From assembly GCA_963796275.1 (NCBI GenBank), contig CAWCKY010000006.1:1824001-1888000 (forward strand): 64,000 bases of DNA, given 5' to 3'. The notes below the pieces were generated by a model. It did no database searches, had not been told where the DNA came from, and was given only the letters and a program-made list of their open reading frames with translations. The translations under genes were made by a program, and so were the position numbers. The stretch comes from an uncultured Acidobacteriota bacterium (GTDB taxonomy: Bacteria > Acidobacteriota > Blastocatellia > RBC074). Of the stretch, positions 49,509 through 57,379 are shown piece after piece; the stretch's first letter is position 1; each line of letters starts with the position of its first letter.

Positions 49509-51074
49509 ATGCGACCATTGAAACTGCATCTTAAAACCACGCTGCTTGTCTCGGCGATCACGCTTGCGGTGATGATCGCCTTGCTGATGGTCATAAGCGC
49601 GCGGCTGATGGACGCAATCCGCGCGGACGAAAAGGCATTGGCAGAAATCGAGGCTGCTCGTCTGGCCGAGCATATCGGGAGTCTCGCCTCTGCGCCAGAG
49701 TTCGTTGATCTGGAACGCGCGTCATCGCTCGTTCGCGGTACCAGACTGGATTCCGTCGTGGTCCGCCTCTGGGATCGTGTGGGCGATAATTTCAAGGCAA
49801 GCCTGGCTACTCCTGCGAACGACCCACCTGAGGAAGTGCCGCACGAAATTGCCGAAACGTTACTTCTCAACCAGGTCGCGAGGGTTGAAAGTAGCGGAGG
49901 TTTTGCAATAGGGGATTCACTCTATCGCGTTTTCGCGCCGATAACACGAAAGAAGCAAGTCGTCGGCGCTGTCGAAATAAGCGATCATCTGGACAATCTG
50001 CCTGTCATATTGCGGCGGACGGCCGGAACGGCGTTCTGGCTGGCGATACTTGCAGTCGGACTGATTGCGTTGGCGACGTTTATTCTGTTTCGTGACCTGG
50101 TCTACGGCCCGCTCTCACATCTGTTGACGGTGATTGAAAGAGCCGGATCCGGAGAACTCGACCTGCAGGTCCCCGAGCGCAGGCAGGATGAACTGGGCTT
50201 ACTGGCGAGGGCGTTCAACCGGATGCTCAAGCAGCTTCACGAGATGACTGCTGAGCGCGAAAGGCAGCGCGAACTTCTGCGCGAACGAGTGCGCGAAGCG
50301 ACGGCGCAGTTGGAACAGCGCAATACCCAGCTCGAAACAACCAATCTCGAACTATGGCGTACGACGCGGCGGCTGACGCAGCTTGAGCGGCTGGCGGCCG
50401 CGGGGCAGACGGCTGCTCAATTCGCACACGAAGTCGGCACGCCGCTCAATCTCATAAGCTGTCACGCGCAGTTGATACAGGTCGCGAAGGAATCAAGTCC
50501 GGATGCCATTCGCGACCGCGCAGGCATTATCGTTGAACAGACCGATCGCATCGAGCGCATTGTGCGCCGCATGCTGGATCGCACTCGCTCCGAAACGCCC
50601 GAGCTCGAATCGGTCGATCTGAACGCCGTCATCATCAATATCACGGAAGCCACTGCTCCCTTGCTGGCAGAGCGTAAGGTCGAACTCGAATTATCACTCG
50701 CGGAGATGCTGCCGCACATTGCCGGCGACCCAGACAGGCTGCAACAGGTCTTCATCAATCTCATGGGCAATGCCGTCGACGCCATGCCCGATGGCGGGAA
50801 ACTGAAGATCGTTACGGGAATAGAGAAGGCGGAGAACGCCGGCCTTGCTCGTGTGATCGCGACGCTGGCCGACACGGGCTATGGAATGATGCCCGAGGTG
50901 CGGACACATATTTTCGATCCGCTTTATACGACGAAGGAGCGCGGAAAGGGTACCGGTCTGGGATTGTTCGTGGTCAGTCAGGTTATGCGGGAACACGGCG
51001 GCGGCGTCTCGGTCGAGAGCGAGCCGGGACGAGGCTCGGTTTTCCGCCTGACTTTCCCTGCTTCAGGAAGTTAG
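49509..51074 (+). CDS. Sensor histidine kinase (2 TM, HAMP, HisKA, HATPase)
   Basis: DELGLLARAFNRM, AHEVGTPL, QQVFINL..NA, DTGYG, TTK..GKGTGLGL. Confidence 0.93.
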   Translation: MRPLKLHLKTTLLVSAITLAVMIALLMVISARLMDAIRADEKALAEIEAARLAEHIGSLASAPEFVDLERASSLVRGTRLDSVVVRLWDRVGDNFKASLATPANDPPEEVPHEIAETLLLNQVARVESSGGFAIGDSLYRVFAPITRKKQVVGAVEISDHLDNLPVILRRTAGTAFWLAILAVGLIALATFILFRDLVYGPLSHLLTVIERAGSGELDLQVPERRQDELGLLARAFNRMLKQLHEMTAERERQRELLRERVREATAQLEQRNTQLETTNLELWRTTRRLTQLERLAAAGQTAAQFAHEVGTPLNLISCHAQLIQVAKESSPDAIRDRAGIIVEQTDRIERIVRRMLDRTRSETPELESVDLNAVIINITEATAPLLAERKVELELSLAEMLPHIAGDPDRLQQVFINLMGNAVDAMPDGGKLKIVTGIEKAENAGLARVIATLADTGYGMMPEVRTHIFDPLYTTKERGKGTGLGLFVVSQVMREHGGGVSVESEPGRGSVFRLTFPASGS

Positions 51075-51273
51075 CTGGGAACCTTCAGGAGGGGGTTAGT
51101 TGGGAGTTCCGCCTTGCGGCGGTCAGAAAAAAATGCGAAGAGAGAAGACCGCGTAAACGCGGAACTCCAAACGCGAGCACAAACGCGATCTCGGACCTAG
51201 ACTCGACCCGCCTGCAGGCGCCTGAGGCGGAACTCCCAGCGGAACTCCCAGCTATTTTCAGAGGGGTGAACGT

Positions 51274-52641
51274 ATGAAAAGAATTCTGGTTGTGGATGAT
51301 GATGCGGCCTCGTGCAAACTTCTGCTCGATCTGTTCGGCGCGCAGGGATGGGGCGCTGAATCCGCGCTGACCCCGGAAGATGCCCTGGAATTGGCTGCGC
51401 GGGAGAAATTCGATCTGCTTGTGAGCGACATCAATCTTGAAGCGAAACAATCCGGTATAGATCTGCTGCGCCAATTGCACGATCGGTGTCCGGTGATTCT
51501 GGTGACCGGCTTCGGCACGCTCGATACGACGGTAACCGCCTCGCGCGAAGGCGCCTGGGACATCATATCGAAGCCTTTCAAGGTCCAGGAACTCATCGGG
51601 ACTGTGCGACGGGCGCTGGAACGCGAGATGCCCGGTACTGAACGGGCAGTGTCCGACGCGCTGTCGACTCAGTATGAGGGCGCCGGCCTGATGGGACGGT
51701 CTCCCGCGATGTTGGATCTATACAAAGAGATCGCGCGAGTTGCCCCGGCTCGTTCGACCGTGCTCATCGTGGGCGAATCGGGGACGGGCAAGGAGCTTGT
51801 CGCACAGGCGATTCACCAGCACAGCGCGCGCGCATCCGGGCCGTTCGTGCCGATTAATTGTGGAGCGCTTGCGGAAACGCTTCTGGAAGCCGAACTCTTC
51901 GGCCACATCAAGGGATCGTTCACCGGCGCAACTGCCGATCGCCGCGGATTGTGGGAAGAAGCCGGAAGCGGCACGCTCTTTCTCGATGAGATCGGTGAAA
52001 CCTCTCACGCGATGCAGGTCAAGTTGCTCCGCGCCCTGCAGGAGAGGGAAATCCGCCGAGTCGGCGCGACCAGGAACACCAGGGTAGATGCGCGGGTGAT
52101 CGCCGCGACCAACCGCGATCTGGAAGCCGAGGTTAAGGTGGGACGCTTCCGCGAAGATCTCTTTTACCGCATAAGTTTCGTCACGTTGAAAGTGCCGACC
52201 CTTCGCGAACGCCGTAGCGATATTCCATTGCTCGCTGAAAAGTTTGTGCGAAGCGCTTCGGAGAACGCCGGACGCACGTCACTTCGATTTAAGGAAGAGA
52301 CGTTGAAGATTCTGATGGCTTACAACTGGCCGGGAAATGTGCGGGAACTCGAGGCAGCAGTCGAATATGCCGCGCTGCACGTGCATGGCTCGGATATCGC
52401 GCCGGAAGATCTGCCTACGAAACTTCAGACAGTCGATCTGCGCGAGGGGGCTGGCCATTCACCTCTAGCGGCGATCTACGACGATCTCCCTACGCTGGAT
52501 GAACTCGAACGCCGTTACCTGATCCACGTGCTGAAAAAAGTGGGCGGCAATCGAACCCGCGCAGCCGAATTGATGGGGATCGATCGCCGCACGCTGTATC
52601 GAATGGCGGAACGCTTCGGTATCAGAACAGATGAACAGTGA
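51274..52641 (+). CDS. NtrC-family sigma54-dependent response regulator
   Basis: Receiver domain, GESGTGKE, GSFTGA (GAFTGA variant), LFLDEIGE, FREDLFYR, WPGNVREL, Fis HTH. Confidence 0.94.
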   Translation: MKRILVVDDDAASCKLLLDLFGAQGWGAESALTPEDALELAAREKFDLLVSDINLEAKQSGIDLLRQLHDRCPVILVTGFGTLDTTVTASREGAWDIISKPFKVQELIGTVRRALEREMPGTERAVSDALSTQYEGAGLMGRSPAMLDLYKEIARVAPARSTVLIVGESGTGKELVAQAIHQHSARASGPFVPINCGALAETLLEAELFGHIKGSFTGATADRRGLWEEAGSGTLFLDEIGETSHAMQVKLLRALQEREIRRVGATRNTRVDARVIAATNRDLEAEVKVGRFREDLFYRISFVTLKVPTLRERRSDIPLLAEKFVRSASENAGRTSLRFKEETLKILMAYNWPGNVRELEAAVEYAALHVHGSDIAPEDLPTKLQTVDLREGAGHSPLAAIYDDLPTLDELERRYLIHVLKKVGGNRTRAAELMGIDRRTLYRMAERFGIRTDEQ

Positions 52642-52736
52642 AGCGGCGGCCAATGTTATTCAGCTTCGCCAATCACTCGCGCGGCTTCTTTTCGGAGCCC
52701 TCATTCTTAATAAACGTGAAAGTCTTGGCGTTCTCT

Positions 52737-52940
52737 CTAGCTCCGGTCAACTTCATAGTAGTAATCGAGTTTAAAATCAAACTTAATATTTCCGCGCACA
52801 TTCGCCGGCTCACCTTCTATCACCGCAGGTTAAAAGGGAATCGTTTGCATAGCATTATCAACCTGATCCTGGGCTGGGAGATCGATTGAGGACATCCGGC
52901 ATCTTCAAATTGACCGTCACTGCACCGTCCTTGCATTGCA
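52737..52940 (-). pseudogene. Relic of a TonB C-terminal domain gene
   Basis: Manual translation: KDGAVTVNLK (one frame) then AQDQVDNAMQTIPF*PAVIEGEPANVRGNIKFDFKLDYYYEVDRS*; internal TAA at 52832-52830. Confidence 0.55.
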
Positions 52941-53199
52941 GAATCGATCTCCAGCCCATTATCGAGAATGGCAATCGATGTTCCACAAACGACTGGAGAC
53001 TCCCTCGTCTGAAAGTGCCGTCCGGAAAATGAGATATAGAAATGGGCGGTAGACGGCTGAACGGTTTTTGAGTAATAACCGGGACATTCTTGACTCGCAT
53101 CGCAAATCTGCCCCAGCCGAAACGAAAGACCCCCCGATAAGGAGATCGCACGCGCGGCGAAAAATTTAAACATCGAAAAGTAGAAAAATTATTTTGAAG

Positions 53200-53226
53200 T
53201 GTCGATTCGAGCGCTTGCAATTCGAC
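53200..53226 (+). promoter_or_regulatory. ECF42-type promoter TGTCGA-N17-CGAC
   Basis: TGTCGA ttcgagcgcttgcaatt CGAC; shares the upstream TAGAAAAATTA with the 44676 promoter. Confidence 0.7.
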
Positions 53227-53394
53227 TAACTGGTGGAGGTGGAGATGGCTGGCAGCAGCAGCCAGAAAGGGAAACAAAAAGGCGAAAAAAGCAGAGAGAG
53301 TGTTTGTCTAGAGTTCCATTTTGTCTTCTTGGTTCTTTTGCCTTTTTGTTTCCACCTCCTCTTTCAAAAACATAAATCAAGGGAGATAAGCGGC

Positions 53395-54204
53395 ATGAAG
53401 ACAAGAGAGAAAGCGACGCAAAAAAATAAGATAGTATCGCGGGCAGAATGGCTGGTGGCGCGCAAGGCGCACCTGGAAAAGGAAAAAGAGCTCACGCGCC
53501 AGCGCGATGAACTTAGCCGTGAGCGGCGCGAACTGCCCTGGGTCAAAGTAGATAAGAATTACGTATTCGACGGTCCGAATGGGAAGGAGACGCTCGCCGA
53601 TCTCTTTGCGGGACGGAGCCAGCTGATTATCTATCACTTTATGTTCGGTCCGAACTGGGAAGAGGGTTGTCCGAGCTGTTCCTTTCTGTCAGATCATATA
53701 GATGGCGCTCTCGTGCATCTAAACGCGCGGGACGTTTCGCTGGTGGTAGTTTCGCGAGCCCCGCAGCCTCAGATCGAAGCATTCAAGAAGCGGATGGCAT
53801 GGCGCTTTAAATGGGTATCGTCGTACGCGAACGATTTCAACTACGACTATCACGTGTCGTTCACCAAAGAGGAATTGGCGAAGGGCAAGGTTTATTACAA
53901 CTATGCATTGCAGGAATTCGGGGCCGAGGAAGCACCCGGCGCCAGCGTGTTCTTCAAGGATAGTTCGGGTGATGTCTTCCATACTTATTCCGAATATGCG
54001 CGGGGCGGTGACATATTGCTGGGCGCGTACAACTACCTCGACCTAACGCCGAAGGGGCGCGACGAGGATGGTCTGGCCTTTACGATGGCGTGGGTTCGCC
54101 ATCACGATCGGTATGGCGATGATTACCAAGTCGATCCGTCGGCGAACTATTCGCCGCCGAAGGGCTCGATCTGCTCGAATTGTGCAGGGGAGGAGCATTT
54201 ATGA
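53395..54204 (+). CDS. DUF899 thioredoxin-like protein
   Basis: EWLVARKAHLEKEKELTR, RRELPWV, QLIIYHFMFGP, GCPSCS, LDLTPKGRDE, WVRHHD. Confidence 0.92.
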   Translation: MKTREKATQKNKIVSRAEWLVARKAHLEKEKELTRQRDELSRERRELPWVKVDKNYVFDGPNGKETLADLFAGRSQLIIYHFMFGPNWEEGCPSCSFLSDHIDGALVHLNARDVSLVVVSRAPQPQIEAFKKRMAWRFKWVSSYANDFNYDYHVSFTKEELAKGKVYYNYALQEFGAEEAPGASVFFKDSSGDVFHTYSEYARGGDILLGAYNYLDLTPKGRDEDGLAFTMAWVRHHDRYGDDYQVDPSANYSPPKGSICSNCAGEEHL

Positions 54205-54539
54205 GTACTCATCGCTGTTGCCAGGCTGCGGGCATCGCGCAGATCGGCCCGCGCCAACCAACCGCAATTGTTCGCGCATCGCTGAGGCGGACGCTCGCTT
54301 GCCGCCTGCCGGACTTTGCCGGATGGGCGATTGGCGGCGCAATACTCGCACTTTTGCCCAAGTGCCCCGCGTGTCTGGCAGCCTACGTTGCAATTGGAAC
54401 GGGAATCGGGATTTCGATGTCGTCCGCGGCAATTCTGCGGACGCTGCTGGTTACCCTGTGCGTGGCATCATTTGTGTATCTGGCAATCAGGTTAGTATAC
54501 AAGTTTTGTCATAGTCTGGAATCAGGAGCTCGAATCTAA
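54201..54539 (+). CDS. Small Cys-rich membrane protein coupled to DUF899
   Basis: ATGA overlap; HRCC and LLPKCPAC motifs with hydrophobic helices. Confidence 0.7.
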   Translation: MSTHRCCQAAGIAQIGPRQPTAIVRASLRRTLACRLPDFAGWAIGGAILALLPKCPACLAAYVAIGTGIGISMSSAAILRTLLVTLCVASFVYLAIRLVYKFCHSLESGARI

Positions 54540-54860
54540 ATCGAAACAACGAACAATACTGCAGTGCGTAAGCGAATTGTGTCTTGATGAATTTACATTC
54601 CCGAATGCACAGGTCGCTTACGCTCCCAACTCTGCACCGGCATGTTTCCCGATGTTGTCCGGTTGATTTAGTAATTCCAATTTACAGTATTGGGAGGCAG
54701 AACATTTATTGAGGAATGAATATTCTTCGCACCCTGGAGTTCTATTTTTATTGATCGGGCCATTCTGCTGTATTTATTGGGTGAATCTGTTAAACCGCCG
54801 ACCTCAAGCGAACAGCCGGTTGACTGTGCTGCCATCCGGCTCGTAGGATAACGATATCCC

Positions 54861-54982
54861 AAAGGGGGAGTAAGTCGCCTGCGTCGTCGGGTCTGGTGAG
54901 ATCGTCAAGACGATTGCCGTTCAACGCGGCAATCCGGCTCATCGGGAAGAGCGAATCAAAAGCTCAAGGACTGAGACCTTTT
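54861..54982 (+). ncRNA. yybP-ykoY (Mn2+) riboswitch
   Basis: AAAGGGGGAGTA...CGTCAAGACG-stem-CCGG...GAGACCTTT pattern directly upstream of a TerC/Alx gene. Confidence 0.8.
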
Positions 54983-55015
54983 GCGGCTTTATGAGCGCGC
55001 AAAAGGTTTTTTTTT
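54976..55015 (+). terminator. Intrinsic terminator (riboswitch expression platform)
   Basis: ACCTTTTGCG...CGCAAAAGGT followed by a T run; overlaps the 3' strand of aptamer P1. Confidence 0.75.
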
Positions 55016-55045
55016 GCGTTGAATTCGAGCATAAAGGAACTGCGT

Positions 55046-56071
55046 ATGGATGTTGAGCTTTTCCCGTTTGGCCAGTACTGGTGGGCCTATCTTTCGTTTA
55101 CCGGATTCGTTCTGTTATTGCTGGCAGTCGATCTGGGAGTTTTTCACCGAAAGCCGCACGAAGTATCATTTCGCGAAGCGGCCGCCTGGAGCGCCGCCTG
55201 GGTCGCGCTATCGCTCACCTTCAATTTTCTGCTCTATCATTATGCGCTCTGGAAGTTTGCCCAGGATCCGAGATTGCTATCGCTGCCCGACTTCGACCCG
55301 CATGCGGCGGCGTGGCAGACGGCGCTCGAATTTTTGACCGGCTACGTCATAGAGTATTCCCTTTCGGTGGACAATATTTTCGTTTTCGTGGTGGTCCTCA
55401 CTTATTTTAACGTCCCCGCCAGATATCAGCACCGCGTGCTTTTCTACGGCATCCTGGGAGCTCTGGTCTTTCGTGCGGCCTTCATCGCGATGGGGGCGGT
55501 TCTGATGAAGTACCACGCGGTCATCCTCATATTCGGCGGGTTTTTAATATTCACCGGTTTAAAAATGATGTTCGGTCCAGAAACGTCGGTAGATCCGGAA
55601 AGGAACCTCATCATACGCGTCTTTCGCCGATTCATGCCGGTCACATCAGAGATGCACGGGCCGCGATTCTTTGTGCGATTGAATAGCTCGTGGAGCGCTA
55701 CACCGTTGTTTATTGCCCTGCTTTTCCTCGAATTGACCGACATCATCTTTGCTATCGATTCAGTTCCGGCGATCTTCGCATTGACCAAAGAACCGCTGAT
55801 CGTCTTCACGTCGAACATCTTCGCCATCCTGGGATTGCGCTCGATGTATTTCATGCTGGCCGGGGCGATAGACAGGTTTCATCTACTCAAGTATGGGCTG
55901 GCGATCGTTTTGATCTTCGTCGGTCTGAAAATGGTCTGGCTGGATGATATGTTCGGAGGTAAGTTCCCGATCACCTACTCACTGGGTTTCATCGGCATCG
56001 TTCTGATTATTGCAATTCTCGTGTCGGTGCTTTTCACGAAAAAAACCGGTGAGTCGCCCGCTATAAAGTAA
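55046..56071 (+). CDS. alx: TerC/Alx family Mn-homeostasis membrane protein
   Basis: DLGVFHR, EYSLSVDNIFVF, QHRVLFYG, ATPL, DIIFAIDSVPA, TSNIFAILGLR. Confidence 0.9.
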   Translation: MDVELFPFGQYWWAYLSFTGFVLLLLAVDLGVFHRKPHEVSFREAAAWSAAWVALSLTFNFLLYHYALWKFAQDPRLLSLPDFDPHAAAWQTALEFLTGYVIEYSLSVDNIFVFVVVLTYFNVPARYQHRVLFYGILGALVFRAAFIAMGAVLMKYHAVILIFGGFLIFTGLKMMFGPETSVDPERNLIIRVFRRFMPVTSEMHGPRFFVRLNSSWSATPLFIALLFLELTDIIFAIDSVPAIFALTKEPLIVFTSNIFAILGLRSMYFMLAGAIDRFHLLKYGLAIVLIFVGLKMVWLDDMFGGKFPITYSLGFIGIVLIIAILVSVLFTKKTGESPAIK

Positions 56072-56194
56072 TAAATATAGATAGAACCGGTTGGTGTCTT
56101 TCCCAATTTTCAATTGACTTGCGATGCCTTGTGTCGTAGTTTTGCCCCGCATTATCTTTCTCACATTGAAGAACTCGCTAAGGAGGGCCCGTTC

Positions 56195-57217
56195 ATGTCG
56201 CAAACCGGAAGTTCCATTGGGGTATTATCCGTGGCATTGGCGTTGATCATCCTCGCAGTCGTATTTTCTCCTTTCTCCATGCTGGCTCAGAGCAATAACG
56301 GCTTCGGCTTAGGGTCGAGTGTGCTCATCGATCCGCAAGGCACAGCGTACATATCGAACCAAGAAGGTGCGATTGCGGCAATCAAGCTCGATTCAGGCAC
56401 ACAACTCTGGACGACGCCGAAAGGGAAGGCGTATCGGCCGCTAGCGATCTCCGGCAAATTTCTGGCGGCGATGCAGGAAGGCGGGGGACCGAAAGCAGGT
56501 AAGCATCTGGGCGTCGCGTTACTGCAATTGCTCGACGGCAGCGAACATATGGTTAACTGGGTCGAGGTTCCACCCGCGGCCTGGGCATCGGTCAAGAACG
56601 GTCTCGGCTCATCGCTCCGGACGAGCGCCGCAATTGGAGCCGATGGCAAAGTGACACTTTCCTGGATCTCGGAATGGCAGCGTGAGATGCGCGGCGCCGC
56701 TCCCGATGATGATGAAACGCCGGGAGGTGCGAGGTTGGCGGCCGCGAAGGTCGAGGCGCACAGCGGTTCGGTCGAGATCGATTCGAGCGGGCGCATCGTG
56801 CCGCTGAGCCAGGCGGTAAACTCAGCGCAGGCATTTCAAACAGCCCGGCAGGACCTGCCCGAAGATCAGCGGTTGAAAGGGCTTCCCGAAACGCAATATA
56901 TTTCAGCGGACGGCAGGCATATCCTCGTGAGCGAGATTACGGGCAATGATAACGATCTGAACAAGTATCGATGGACGATCTATCCAATCGCATCGAAGGA
57001 ACCCGTCGGGGTGATCGCCGCAACATTTCCAACCGCGCCCTTCTTCGTTTCAGGCGCGGCAATCATCTACCAGCTGCGGCCGTACATGGCCCGCGATCAA
57101 GGCGACAGGCTTGCACGGTCACCGCTAAAGTTGACCGCCATCGACCTCAGATCCGGCGGTAAGCTCTGGGAGCATGCGATTCTGGACACCGAGTATTACG
57201 GTCCTTTTCCGCCGTAA
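56195..57217 (+). CDS. Exported hypothetical protein with PQQ-like beta-propeller repeats
   Basis: Signal peptide; AIKLDSGTQLW and AIDLRSGGKLW repeats; AAGGAGG RBS. Confidence 0.7.
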   Translation: MSQTGSSIGVLSVALALIILAVVFSPFSMLAQSNNGFGLGSSVLIDPQGTAYISNQEGAIAAIKLDSGTQLWTTPKGKAYRPLAISGKFLAAMQEGGGPKAGKHLGVALLQLLDGSEHMVNWVEVPPAAWASVKNGLGSSLRTSAAIGADGKVTLSWISEWQREMRGAAPDDDETPGGARLAAAKVEAHSGSVEIDSSGRIVPLSQAVNSAQAFQTARQDLPEDQRLKGLPETQYISADGRHILVSEITGNDNDLNKYRWTIYPIASKEPVGVIAATFPTAPFFVSGAAIIYQLRPYMARDQGDRLARSPLKLTAIDLRSGGKLWEHAILDTEYYGPFPP

Positions 57218-57379
57218 TTACCTTTCAGTAGGGTCCGGATTTCTCCGTTAGTTAGTAGTACGGTTCGGCGAGCCTCTGCCGTGAACCTGCTAACGTCTAT
57301 CGAAACGTAATCAATTCATACCGTAAAACAAGCCATGAAAACTTTGGGTCAAGTAGTATCCAATCTGAAGGAGATATCA

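Noticed and set aside
53233-53394. N-terminal extension of DUF899 in the ORF track
   Set aside because: It runs through a REP-like inverted repeat; ATG 53395 has an RBS and fits the family start.
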